A stretch of DNA of 64,000 nt, from NCBI RefSeq assembly GCF_001194135.2, contig NC_068982.1:25883825-25947824 (forward strand). The letters are read 5' to 3'. The position numbers and the translations under genes were made by a program. The first letter of the stretch is position 1. Every line of letters starts with the position of its first letter. Positions 23,200-36,305 of this stretch are shown in pieces. The notes below the pieces were generated by a model. The model searched no databases. It was not told where the DNA came from and saw only the letters and a program-made list of their open reading frames with translations. This DNA is from Octopus bimaculoides. Its lineage: Eukaryota.

Positions 23200-25074
23200 C
23201 TAATGAAAAATAATAAAAAAAGAATGCATTTCAATACAGACACAAGTGCAATAATATTGGTTTTTTCCATTCTGTACATTAACCAATGAAAATACTTTTA
23301 ATACCAACTATAATGAAAGTCTTTTCAATATATTCTTAGGTTAGATGGATAAAAAATATCCATAACCTGTTTTAACCCTCATTTACAAATTGAAATTTAT
23401 TTGCAGTTATTAATCTATGATAATTCAAGAAGACTGATTTCTTATAAGATGTGCGAACTACAGGACAGATGGTAGCAAAATATACTATCGCTGCTGGTGT
23501 TCAACCCCAGATTAATCCCAATTGAACAGATCAACCACCCCAATTTTTATTCACATAGAAAAAAATGTAGCTTGAATATAATCAATGTGTCTATTTTGAT
23601 TTCTAATGATGGAATGTTATCTGAAAGATATTCTACCATCTAATACTAACAATTCAGGTAATCACATAGTCAACCTCCCCTTCCTACTGGACTTTTACCT
23701 TACATATCCTAAACTATTAAACTACTGCCCCAAATATTTGCAAAATATACCAGTGATTTTGTTTCACTTCAGTACATTCTCACCAACAGAAGATGATTAT
23801 TGTTATAGTTGAGTAAAAGTCAACATTGATAGAGTAGATCTATTATCATAAAAATTCCATCTATAACCATTCTATGTTTTTGCATATCTAGGACTTCATT
23901 AACCAATGTGTCCTTTATCTTTAAGATAGTAAGGTGTACTTTTAAGGTATTTAGCTATTTCTAAAAGGCTGAGCAACCATATAATGGCTACCACAGTAGC
24001 TCATCAGCTAAAGGTTGTTTAGCCCAAGTCAAACCTGACATCCAGCAGATGAAATTTCAGGCATGACTACCCTGTCTATAGGTGAATGCAGGACCATATA
24101 ATCAAATACACTTTTTCTTTAAGAGTGTGTCATGAGGTGATTTGGCTGTTATTTCTAGCTGGTCAAACAACCACAACGACTTCCTTTGATGGTTTGTTAC
24201 ATGAAGGTGTTATAAAACGTTACAACCTAACTTCTATATAAGCTGTACACGAACTGAAGTATGGAAAAACACCTCTCATGCTAGATTTGTAAGATGTAAA
24301 TATTATCTGCTAATCCCCAGGGGATGAAATGATGAACTGCTTTTATGGAATTAAGCAGATTAGACATAAATCTACCCATTAATAGGACCTTAGTCTATCT
24401 CGGGTAATATTACCATTTGGAAGTAGTAGCTACTTAATATCATTAACTAATGCAGGTAGAATTTAACACACTGCCTAAATTCACAAAAAAGGGAAAAGAA
24501 AAGAAAAGAGATTTGAATTAAAATTCTATGAACTGGGAGTTCAATACCATATCCACTCACCTTTTTCTTTTAAAAATTCTTCCAGCTATACTGAAAGGCA
24601 TACATATTACAAGGGTTGTACTCAGTAGCAATGTAGCTTGAAACCTAAATTAGTATCAGTCAGTGAAATTCAGTACTTTATCATCACAGCACTGGGATAT
24701 ATCTATATGGTGGATCTCCATCATTCAGCAATGATGATCGAGTTGTTCAGTCAACTGAATTAATGTTTAAGGGACTGAGCATTCCAGATATACACACACT
24801 CAACATAATTCTAGGATAGAATTAACATGACAAAGTGATATGGCAGTACCTTTTGAATCACAGACACAATCCACTTAAGCTTCTATGCAGTTTCATCACT
24901 GCATCCAATCACTGATATTACCAAAAATGACATTTACTGAAGATGTTATGCAGTGATATTGAACTCAGGTACTCATGGTTTCAAATTTAACTTCTTAATC
25001 ATTTCAGTCACATTCCATCTACTTATTTGAATTAAGAAAAATAGAAATTAAATAAGATACATAAATTAACTTAC

Positions 25075-25209
25075 CCCAGACACGATCAATTCACCACTAG
25101 CACTTTGTACATCAGCTTTCACTTTACTGGTTATATTTAATTGATGGCAATATAATGCAATTTGCTGGAGATATGCCAGAAGATCTTTCTTGGATACAGA
25201 GTCTGGACA
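25075..25209 (-). CDS. CTNNA: Alpha-catenin exon (135 nt, phase 0/0): CPDSVSKKDLLAYLQQIALYCHQLNITSKVKADVQSASGELIVSG
   Basis: Acceptor cattttttttag-type T-run, donor ggg|gtaagt. Conserved DLLAYLQ-IALYCHQLNITSKVKA. Confidence 0.96.
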
Positions 25210-26226
25210 CTAAAAAAATGTGGAGAAATTAGAAAGCAAAACAACTGTAGACTAGAGAATAAACTCTATATTTCATATGCATACATAAACAGCAAATGCT
25301 GCATAAAGTTAAATTGGTATGGAGCTGTCTGAAAGATATGTATAGCTTTCACTAGTGGAAGTGAAACTTAGCGGAATTATGTAAGCACCCCTCGTAACTT
25401 TTTTTTTATTTTTATGAATTTTTACAAATTTTTTCTTGATTCCGTCTTCTGCATAATGGAATTGATATGATTATACAACAAAACAATTTTAATTCCTACC
25501 CCATTCCATCTACTTAGACAGCCGTACAGTGGTAAGACATATAGTCTCTCTGCTAATATTGTTGATGGACATGCAGCATGTCACTGGCATTTCACATATA
25601 AAGTTCAGGATTATGTGAAGAAGTGTGAAGGCTGTCAATTGACTTTTTTCCATAAATGTATTAAAACATTATTTGGAAATTATAAAGAGAATTGGTAGAT
25701 TCAGACTGTCCATATTTTAAAAATGCTGTCTTAGGTTCCACACACACACACACACACACACACACGAAAAAGACAGGATGGTCATGGCAAGCAGGTCTTT
25801 GATCATATGTCTGCTTGATAAGGGTTAGACAACAACATCAGCTCAACAAAACAGATTACAAAAGCAAAGGAGGCTCTAATGGTTATTCAATTTGCAAGCA
25901 ATAATTGCCAAATTCCTTCAAATTACATCCTATCACTATTGAAATATGAGTATTGAATACTGGAAATGTCAGGTTCAATACACGCATGAAAAAAGAGGAC
26001 TGTCACAATCAGAGTGCATTTAATCAGAGGCCTCTAAGTAGGGACTAAACAACATTCAGTGCAACACAACATGCCACATCCAACACCACACCACAATATG
26101 AAGAGGTTTAATGGTGACAGCATTCAACCTATAATAGTAACAAAATTCACACAAGAATTACATTATAAAGAAAGAAGCAAACAAAAAAAAAAAAGATACA
26201 AAAAAATTTATTTCAAAATACAATAC

Positions 26227-26332
26227 CTGATCTGCAATAGTTTTTGCCATTTTATCCATTTGTGTTCCAGCTTCGGAAATTTTCTTGGCAGCATTAATAA
26301 CATCCATTGTGCTTTTCAATGGTCCACGCCCC
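26227..26332 (-). CDS. CTNNA: Alpha-catenin exon (106 nt, phase 2/0): GRGPLKSTMDVINAAKKISEAGTQMDKMAKTIADQ
   Basis: Inside ORF 26158..26343. Acceptor gatacctag has a weak pyrimidine tract; donor cag|gtattg. Confidence 0.96.
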
Positions 26333-27773
26333 CTAGGTATCATTTAATGAGAATGTTAATTCCATTTACTTTATTACATGCAGCCATGGTTCATTATATA
26401 TATTTTTTTTTTTGTTTCATTTATATACATTTTCCTGTGTGATGCTAAAGTTTACCCTAACCCCTATCAATTATTCTTATTAGCCATGCAATTGGCTGTG
26501 TGATTTTTTTGGAATCCCTATTACTACTATATATGAACATATATAAATATTGTTATATATTATTATTTGATGCGGCCCCATGTGACAAAAATCCGTAGGC
26601 TCCATGGAGCTCAACTGATTAGGTAGGTTTATGTAAGAAGCCTACAAAAAACTCGAGAACTACCCAACCAATTTCATTCAAATTTTACACATTCCTTACT
26701 TAGGGTCCATGCAAGGTTATGGGCAAAAAAACATTCAACTTCTTGCCTAATATGAGCCCAGAGCAATTTCTCATCTCGTACACTATTTCAGTATTAAGTG
26801 TCAAAAGAGAAACCATAGTATCTCTATTGTGATGTGAGATACCTTCAGTTTATTACTTTCACTATTAAAGTGAATATTTTCTCACATATATACATGCATA
26901 CACACACACATAAATATATATATATATATATACACATAAATATAAATATATAAATAAATATATATATATATAGATAAGATCGTTATTTAAAATACCGATC
27001 AGGTGGCCAGCATGGGAATAAAAACCTCATAGGTAATAATCATTAGTAAAATTATAATTAAGGGTATATATATATATATATGTACTATTTTCATATATTC
27101 AACAGAGAGGAAGAGAGAGAGTGAGAGAGAGAGCGAGAGAGAGTGAGAGAGAGCGTGAGAGAGAGAGAGAGAGAGCNNNNNNNNNNNNNNNNNNNNNNNN
27201 NNNNNNNNNNNNNNNNNNNNNNNNNNNNNNNNNNNNNNNNNNNNNNNNNNNNNNNNNNNNNNNNNNNNNNNNNNNNNNNNNNNNNNNNNNNNNNNNNNNN
27301 NNNNNNNNNNNNNNNNNNNNNNNNNNNNNNNNNNNNNNNNNNNNNNNNNNNNNNNNNNNNNNNNNNNNNNNNNNNNNNNNNNNNNNNNNNNNNNNNNNNN
27401 NNNNNNNNNNNNNNNNNNNNNNNNNNNNNNNNNNNNNNNNNNNNNNNNNNNNNNNNNNNNNNNNNNNNNNNNNNNNNNNNNNNNNNNNNNNNNNNNNNNN
27501 NNNNNNNNNNNNNNNNNNNNNNNNNNNNNNNNNTTATCTGGCATGTTTGACATTTTCAGATTTTTCCTATCATTATAATATTTTCTCCAGAAAACTGCAT
27601 CCCTCTGAAGCTCCCTGAATGCCTCTTTTCATCTGTTTAACTAAACCTACTAAAACTTTTCCTACTAAAAACTTTTGACCATTTCATTAAGACTTATTAA
27701 AAGATGATTGCAAAATGAAATTACAAACAAGAAAAAAATGTTTTGTTTAATTGGCACTTGGAAAAAGACTTAC

Positions 27774-27999
27774 CTGGTAAAATCTGTCATTTCCATCATA
27801 ATCATACACATCTGTTTAGCAAGAACAATAATATCATTGCCACTGTCATCCCATTTTGCTACTTCTCGGTCTAATTTTGCTTTTGCTTTACGGAAGTCAT
27901 CTACCTGTTGTTGAATTTTGAGTCTTTCAGCCTCTGGAAGATCCCTCATTATAGCTCGGTCACTCTTGCTGTTATAATCTTGTTCTGTTATGAAACTTG
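27774..27999 (-). CDS. CTNNA: Alpha-catenin exon (226 nt, phase 1/2): (S)SFITEQDYNSKSDRAIMRDLPEAERLKIQQQVDDFRKAKAKLDREVAKWDDSGNDIIVLAKQMCMIMMEMTDFT(R)
   Basis: Acceptor gcattttatag, donor cag|gtaagt. Invariant WDDSGNDIIVLAKQMCMIMMEMTDFTR motif. Confidence 0.97.
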
Positions 28000-30085
28000 C
28001 TATAAAATGCGTGAATTAAAAAAAAAAACAAAAGTTAAATTAAACCAAACAAAATTAAAATGTTTTTGGCACAATGCAATAACCTAATCCATGCCTGAAA
28101 GCATAAGTTCTTTGTTTACTAAAGGTCAATGTTGATAAAGCAGGCTTAAGAGTGGAAGCATCACAACTGTGACCATCCTGTCTGTTTAACAGTGTCTTGG
28201 ATTACATAACCTAGTCCTTTTACAAGATATTGGTTGTTATTTCCAGCAGATCAAACAACCACAGAGTTTCCCTTGTTACATTGACTGCTGTTCTTGTTGC
28301 TGAGCCCAAGATGCAGCAAACCTATGATTAAAGGCAATCCAGTTGTGACCAACCAATTTTATTTTCAGACATATCTTGAAACTACAGAACCAAATTTCCC
28401 TTTTTAAAATGGTACGGCTTGATTTGAGGGAAATTTGGTTGCCATATCGAACAGGTTGAGGATACATGTAGCCAAAGGTCTTTCCTACGCTAGAAAGATA
28501 ACTGTTTTATTTATTGCTTTTCGTTTATTTCCAGTTTGGACCAAAAACTACAGCAAACAAAACCAAAAAATAAAATGCCCATATTTCTATGCTGATAATT
28601 GTATTCTACTTCAAAAGAAGTAACTTCTTACAATCTGCCTATCTTAAAGAAAAATAAAACATTTGAACAAAGAATTGATTTTACAGTTTATATAAAAAGC
28701 CATCTGTAGCTAGTTGTAAAAAAAAAAACAAATAAATAAATAAAAAAGCAACAGCTAACAAGATTACTACTACACATGAAATTATATTAACAAACAGAAA
28801 TCTAACAAGGCAACTAACTCTTTTGTAGTCATTAAATTCATTAAAGATTAAATCTCTCACACTGTATTTCCTATTTAATGAAGAGAACATCACATATTTC
28901 AGGTATTAACTCTAGGGAAATGTCCACAATAAAGAACAATGCTACATATTCTTTGTTGCTTAGTTACCAGTATGATACGAGCTGACCAAGGTCATATCAT
29001 ATTACAAACCAACACCATCCAACAACAAAAGACAAACAAAAAAAATATGCATAAACATCTTGCAAAACAAACAAAAACTAGAATAAACAGAGGGATAAAG
29101 AAAAGAACTCAAGCATATGCAAACAAAAGCTTACTGAGAAAACAGAGTTTCATTTTAATCTCCACTTAGCTTCTCCCTTACTCACTCATCCTCAGCTCTC
29201 CCCCTCTTGTAACCCATATTGTGACCATCTCCTTCCTCCCAAGCTCTGTAATAACTAGAACATATTCACACTGGAATTCCCCCTCTGCCTCCATTTTCCC
29301 TGCAGCCAACAACTGAGTTATTAAAGAACATCAATCATGTTGAATCTCACAGGAGTAAGGGCATAAGCCCTTCCTCCTGGCCAAAGCATTAGAGGAAACA
29401 TTTTTACCATGTATGTCTGTATATAGCATGTGCTTTTAACTTAAAAAAAAAATACAAAATTGAGAGTTGCACTCCGGGTATAAAATGTGAACCAAAATTC
29501 TTGTAATGGTGATAAGCTAACCCCTGCCTTACTAACTGACATATAAAGGCAGTGAATTGGCAGATATGTTAGTGCATTAGACAAAATATTTCCCAGTATC
29601 TATTCCAACTCTTTGTGCATTGAGTTCAAATATTGCCAAGGTCAATTTACCTTTCATTCCTTTTGGGGTCAATAAAACATACCAATCAAATGTTGTAGAT
29701 TGATTCAACCATTAAAATGTCAGGATGTCTGGCCATATATACCCTGGCTCTTTGCATACTGATAACAACACCTGTGACAATGCCAGTACCAAGTTGTGTT
29801 AGCCATGTTGTCTCTTGGACATGGTGGCATAGAGAAGGAGACTTGCATGCATGAACAACTGCCAGATTTCCATCAAAAGCCTTATTTAGGCATGCACAAA
29901 CTCAAACAGATACATAACAGACCTTGACTAATCAAAGCTCCCAGGTTTTATACTCTCAGTTGTCTTATATGTTGGCATTTAAAGTAAAAAAAACTGAAAT
30001 AAAGGGACTGATAAAAGAAAAAAGTACATACCACACATACACAAAAAGAAAAAAAGATAAAATAGAACAATATTTCAAATCTTAC

Positions 30086-30146
30086 ATTTACTCTTGGTAT
30101 CATCTTCAAATTCAATTTCAGTATCAGAATCGATTTCTTCAGGATT
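30086..30146 (-). CDS. CTNNA: Alpha-catenin exon (61 nt, phase 0/1): NPEEIDSDTEIEFEDDTKSK (acidic M3-ABD linker)
   Basis: Acceptor ttttacaatcatttag, donor aat|gtaaga. It supplies the phase 0 to phase 1 bridge needed between the flanking exons and resembles vertebrate TPEELDDSDFETEDF. Confidence 0.93.
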
Positions 30147-30375
30147 CTAAATGATTGTAAAAGAAAGACATGAAAGGAATTGTCATTTTTGTCTTTTTTT
30201 TTTTTTTTTTGATGTAAATAAAAACTTTCTGGAAGAAAGATTTTCAAATTTTAAACAGCCAGACTGGTAAATCATGTGCTCTGAGAAGATTGTTTTTGTA
30301 TGTGGCAAATGCTCAGGTGCCATAAACACTGAAAATGTGAAAGAACACCTTCTGTCACATTCCAGGGAGAAAAAC

Positions 30376-30490
30376 TACAAGTAGTTGATAGCTTCTGTTA
30401 CCTAGGGGTGGATGCTCTGAAAGTGGAGCTGCTAGAATAAGAACAGCCTAGGCAAAGTTCAGAGAGTTCCTACAACTGCTGGTGACAAAT
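30376..30490 (+). mobile_element. Short RTE RT fragment
   Basis: LQVVDSFCYLG...GCSESGAARIRTA.AKFREFLQLLVTK. Confidence 0.6.
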
Positions 30491-30556
30491 TAGAGTCACA
30501 CATTTTGATAAAGACCCATTTTTCATTACACACACACACATACACACACTCACACA

Positions 30557-30938
30557 AAGGTGGCACTCCACTGGTAACGGCGACAAGGGTTCCAGTTGAT
30601 CCGATCAATGGAACAGCCTGCTAATGAAATTAACGTGCAAGTGGCTGAGCACTCCACAGAAACATGTACCCTTAACGTAATTCAAGGGGAGATTCAGTGT
30701 GACACAGAGTGTGATAAGGCTGGCTCTTCGAAATACAGGTACAACAGAAACAGGAAGAAAAAGTGAGAGAAAGTTGTGGTGAAAGAGTACAGCAGGGTTC
30801 GCCACCACCCACTGCCAGAGCCTTGTGGAGCTTTAGGTGCTTTCGTTCAATAAACATTCAACACCCGGTCTGGGAGTCGAAACTACAATCCTACAACCGC
30901 AAGTCTGATGCCCTAACCACTGGGCCACTGCACTTCCA
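30557..30938 (-). mobile_element. tRNA-derived SINE sharing its 3' half with the 5410-5732 SINE
   Basis: Minus strand head GCAGTGGCCCAGTGGTTAGGGC...GTTTCGACTCCC. The 3' part (GTACCTGTATTTCGAAGAGCCAGCCTTATCACACTCTGTGTCACACTGAATCTCCC) matches 5550-5610, but the middle segment differs. Confidence 0.8.
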
Positions 30939-31874
30939 CATGCACACATACATACACATACAATTTATTAAATGAAATGTGGTCTGCTTTACAAACTATT
31001 TCCTCATCTTTAGGAATGTGGTCGACACTTTCACTGTCACCAATCATTTCCAGTCCAAGTGATGCTTTTGAGATAAACAAAGGACTGAACCAGAAGTTTT
31101 TATATTGCCATCTAGTTCTGATGTTTGAATGATTTGTTTTAAAAGTTCTATTTCTATTTATTTATATGTGAAGTTCATGATGAAACACACACAATTCTAT
31201 AGACTGTCACCAGCATGAAACCTACTTTCATTCATTCAGTAGTAGTGAATTTGATAGATATCACTTGCACAAAGCCAGACATATATATACACACACACAC
31301 ACACTCACACATCAACGTTTGTTCATCAATCTAACATCCACTTTTCCATGCTTTCATGTGTAATACAGAATACACAGAGGCAGGTTTTCTACAACCAGAT
31401 GCCCTTCCTGTCACCAACTCTCACTGCTTTCCAAGTAAGGTAATATTTCCTCATAGCCAGACATGTTTCCACTGTTATATATTGGAAGTGACAAATTTCA
31501 TTTGGATATGTGACTACAGGGTACATGGCTAAACAGCTAAAATGTTCCTTCCACAACCATGAGATCCTAGGTTCAATGCCATTATGTGGAATTTTGAGCA
31601 AATGACATTTTATATATAGCCTTGGGTTAACATGTCTTGTGAGTAAAATTCAGAGACTACGAAGTCCATCAGATGGATTGCACTTTTAATTGAAAAGGTA
31701 CAGCCTTGTCGCACACTGTATCATAGATTCTACCTGAGAATTAGACACAGTCATGGTTGTGTGGTGATGGTCCCAGGTTCAGACCCACTGCATGGCACTT
31801 TGGCCGGTTTGGGGCGATAGATATTTACCCAAAACCTTGTGAGTGGATTTGGTAGTTGGAAAGTGAAAGAAGTT

Positions 31875-31908
<34 letters not shown>

Positions 31909-32190
31909 CATGTATGTTTGTGTCTCCTTGTCTTGACATCATAAATGCAAAATGGTTGTCACTACTATACAAGCAGTGTCATTTCCAATACTTTGCATAA
32001 ACATGTCTGACTATAGAGAAATATTACCTTGCCTGGAAATAATTGAAGTTGGCTACAAGAAAAGCACCTGGCTACAGAAGATCTGCTTCAACAAACTTTG
32101 TCTGACCTATGCAAGCATGGAAAAGAGAACATTAAAATAATAATGATTATATAGTAGGGTGTTTGTAGATGTATAAGCGAAAAAACTTAC

Positions 32191-32339
32191 TCTGCTGAGT
32201 AATACAGACTGCCGAATATCACGAACACCATCATAAACAAGGCGACTGGCATCAATGAATTCATTTTCATCAATTTCTTTCGATGAGGAACTCAGAGAAT
32301 TCACAGCTACTTCAACTTTCTGAGCAAAATTTGGCATCA
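32191..32339 (-). CDS. CTNNA: Alpha-catenin exon (149 nt, phase 1/0): VMPNFAQKVEVAVNSLSSSSKEIDENEFIDASRLVYDGVRDIRQSVLLSR
   Basis: Inside ORF 32107..32367. Acceptor gtcattgtag, donor aga|gtaagt. Confidence 0.97.
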
Positions 32340-32589
32340 CTACAATGACACACATAAATATGTTCAATGTAATATGAGAAGCAGAAATTTGATTAAAGAA
32401 AAAAATTTAAAACTATGTTTAAAAAAAAAAAATTCAATATGATTGCAATGAGAATAGCCACTAGAGAATTAGACAGACTGACAATTTTCTAGACAAGTAC
32501 TATGTTGGCTAATTTTATTTGCTTTTTTTGTTTAAATTTTTTTGTTCCAGCTAAAATTGTGAAGTACTGGATTTTTTTTTAATGCCCGG

Positions 32590-33140
32590 ATGGCTCACTA
32601 GGCATAGTTGATAGCTTCTGTTATCTATGAGACATAATTAGCAGGGGAGGTGATTCTTCAGAAAATAAAGTAACCAAGGTAAGGACAAGTTGGAAAATGT
32701 TCAGAGTTATTACCATTGCAGGAAACAAAAGCTTTTTCCTCCAGAGTGAAGGTCAACGTGTGCAACATTTGTGCTAGAATTGAGATGTTACATGGTAGTC
32801 AGACATTGGTTTTGAATACAAAAGACTTGTGAAAACTAGAAAGAAATGAAGTGAGCATGCTGATACATGCGTAATGTTAGTATGCATGAAACCTTGAGTA
32901 AACAGGAGCTAAGAGGAAAATGGGGTAGAAGAGGAATCAGATGTAGTAAGAGAAGAAGCTGTACTAATAAAGGCATGTGTTGCTCATTGAGAATGAGAGT
33001 TGCTGAGCACTTCTGTTAGTGGAACCTACAGAAGGAGACAAAGGAAGATTTGGGATGAAGTGATGCAAACAGGCCTGAAGATGCAGCTCATGAAGGAGGT
33101 GATATAGAAGACCTGTCTGAATACACCAAAACATACCTTG
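32590..33140 (+). mobile_element. RTE-clade LINE RT C-terminal fragment (decayed)
   Basis: IVDSFCYL.DIISRGGDSSENKVTKVRTSWKMFR...LERNEVSML... with frameshifts and stops. Confidence 0.7.
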
Positions 33141-33637
33141 ACATAAAGGTAGTGTTTTAGAAGCCATACATACACATACAGTGAACTCTATGGAAATGAG
33201 CATCTATAGTAACAAAAACCATGGAAACAAATGCTTTTCCATTAATTTTATAATGGATCTACTCATGGTAAAGAACAATTACCACAAAAAAAAAAAAGAA
33301 GTAAAAACTAAGGCAATGAAAGTTTACTTCAGTACCTTAAATGTTATCTTGAATTATTTCCCTTTTTTAAAGCACACTCTAAAATGTGACTGGCAATAAG
33401 ACAGGCATCCAGCCATAGAAACTATGCCAGAAATGGAAAAAAAAAAAAAAAAAAAAAAAANNNNNNNNNNNNNNNNNNNNNNNNNNNNNNNNNNNNNNNN
33501 NNNNNNNNNNNNNNNNNNNNNNNNNNNNNNNNNNNNNNNNNNNNNNNNNNNNNNNNNNNNNNNNNNNNNNNNNNNNNNNNNNNNNNNNNNNNNNNNNNNN
33601 NNNNNNNNNNNNNNNNNNNNNNNNNNNNNNNNNNNNN

Positions 33638-33697
<60 letters not shown>

Positions 33698-33800
33698 ACA
33701 AGTGTATTTATGTGTATGTATGCATATATGTGCTTGTATCAGTCTATATACATGTGTGTTTGTGTATTATGTGTGTACATATATGTAAAATGTAACTAAC

Positions 33801-34001
33801 CTTGGTCTCTTAACAATTTAACATATGTCATTACATTTTCAACATAACGTCCAGGCTCATAGTTGTCCATTTCTGCAATTACAACATTGGTTACACGAGC
33901 TGCTCGCCCTCGAATGGCACCAGCTGTTCTATCTAAGTTATCAGCATCTTTGTTTTGTAATGCAATAACACATTGGTTCACATCTTCTAAGATATGGTTT
34001 T
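33801..34001 (-). CDS. CTNNA: Alpha-catenin exon (201 nt, phase 1/1): ENHILEDVNQCVIALQNKDADNLDRTAGAIRGRAARVTNVVIAEMDNYEPGRYVENVMTYVKLLRDQ
   Basis: Inside ORF 33796..34101. Acceptor ttctatttcag, donor aag|gttagt. Confidence 0.97.
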
Positions 34002-36148
34002 CTGAAATAGAAATTAAAAATAAGAATTTTATTTTGCAACAATCCTTTCTACTATAGGCACAAGGCCTGAAATTTTGCTGGGAGAGGTTAATCGCTTGCA
34101 TTGACCCCAGTGATCAACCAGTAATCTGTTTATTGAAATTAGAGAACCAAATACAAACTCAACCTTGGTGATGTTTGAAATCAGAACATATAAGAAAGAT
34201 GAAATGCTAGGCTGCATTTTGTCTGGCATGTTAATGATTCTGTCAGCTCACCACATTATTTCATGTAATTAGAATAGATTTCAATCTAGGTACGTGGACA
34301 ACAATTTTTAGAGAAAGGGCATTATTCAATTACACTAACCCCAATACCTCACTGGTTCTTTATCTTATGAACCTCAGAGTGATGGAAAACGAAACTGTCC
34401 TTGGCATGATTTGAAACCAGAATATAAGTACTGCAAAAGCAATACCACAAAATATTTTGTCTGACACTAACAATTCTGTTAATCTTTCTTCTTCAAGCAG
34501 CCACAGAAGAATTGACAGAATCATTAATTGGCTCTATGTTCTGAATTCAAATCCTCCTAAAGTCTCATCTCATTTGTCCACAGCACTAATGATTCTGCCA
34601 ATTCAGTGCATTTAATAATAGATTTTAATAGAAGCAAATGACCAGAAATTTTGGGGAAGCAGTTAGTTGATCACCTAAACTTCATTGCATTACTTGTTCA
34701 GGTGAGAGTCAATTACATCAACCCCAGTACAAAGACTTCTACTTCATGCTATTGACTCTGGAGAGATAGAAAGTAAAGTTGGATGAGGCAGAATGCAATC
34801 TCAATGTAAAGAGTTTTCCAGTACCAGTCAAGAATTGGAATTGATATAACTGACTAAACCCCTCCCACAAAATTCTATCAAAATAATGCGGCCACCAAGC
34901 TCTTTTTGGTGTCTTTAGCAGAGCCCACTGTTTCAAACATTCAGATTAAATCTATGATCAGACAGAAATTTTATCTCAGGTCCACTGCTTCTTGCTTCAG
35001 CAAGCTACAAATTGGTTTCTGTTTCCCTTCTTCCTAAACATGTCGGAGAAGTTTCACAAAAGCTCAAGGACATTAACCTTTCTTCTCTAAGTCATTAAAA
35101 TCAAGTATAATAAAGCTTAATATCTTTAATAAAGAGTTAATATCCAGTTTACAGACTGTGCTTAACAAGAATAAAAAAAACAAGCAGCACCAATGAAAGA
35201 TGTATGAGCAATGATCCATTCGCAACATTTGTTTAACCAATATGAATGCTATTAAAAACTGTTTTAATTATACTACATCTTTTATAATTAAACATCAATC
35301 ACTTGGTAATAAACCGACATTACATTTAGTGAAATATGCATGTCTGGTTACTAGCAAAACAAATCAATATTTCATCTACACTTAGCATTGATTTTTGCAT
35401 TTTGGTGGTGATGGTAGTAGTGGTAGAGTCCTAAGTAATGTACTCAGATTATTTAAACTAATAATCCCAGAAAGAAGAAAAGAAAAAGTTGATCTTGGCA
35501 GAAAACACAGACACTGAATCTGGATGAGCCAATTCAACTTACTGAATATAGCAGCTATGCCTCCCTCAAATTACACAACCATATTCAAACAAAGAAAGGA
35601 AGGATGTATTGGATAAGGTAGTCCTTATTGTGCTGAACCAGAATATAAAACAAGATGGTCACAGATAGAATGCATTTGATCACAGGCCTAATTGATCAAG
35701 GCTGACCTGAAGTTAAACAACAACAATAAGAAAGAACCTATGTACTGATGCTCAAGCATCCACTTTACTCCAACATTTTAACAGAAATTAACAAAACACT
35801 GAGATCATATATGAAATATCAAAACTCCAATCTTTCCCCACCAATAGTGTAAACCTCTGAAACATTCTCATTGCCCATCTTTATTCCATCCATCATTAAT
35901 AGATAAAATAAAAGTTCCAAACTGAACATTAATCTCAGCTTGTTACCTTCAAGTCTAAAGATGCTAAAACAAAGACTATGGCTGTTGTCCTTAATCCTAA
36001 TAAGTTTTAAACTAGGAGTGTTGCCCACTAACAGATAGCACACACCTGCGTGCATGCACACCTACACACACAATCACACACCTACGCACATATTCAGACA
36101 ATATATGAAGTGACAAAACAAAATACAAAAAACACTTCAGTTAATTAC

Positions 36149-36305
36149 CTGACACAGCTAAGAAGTCATCAATAGTGGTAATATCATCAACAGCTTCAGT
36201 AAGGAGTTGTACTTGCTTCACCCATGCTTCTTTAAAGGTTGCCATGTTTTCTTGGGCTACTTTGGAATGTGAACGAGCTGCCAAGATTCTGGCAGCATTG
36301 ATTAC
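36149..36305 (-). CDS. CTNNA: Alpha-catenin exon (157 nt, phase 0/1): VINAARILAARSHSKVAQENMATFKEAWVKQVQLLTEAVDDITTIDDFLAVS
   Basis: Acceptor gatattatag, donor cag|gtaatt. Conserved AVDDIT-IDDFLAVS. Confidence 0.96.

Noticed and set aside
26520-26860. Possible Helitron-like non-autonomous repeat (CCAATTTCATTCAAATTTTACAC motif)
   Set aside because: No clear 5' TC or 3' CTAG ends or terminal hairpin; too weak to classify.
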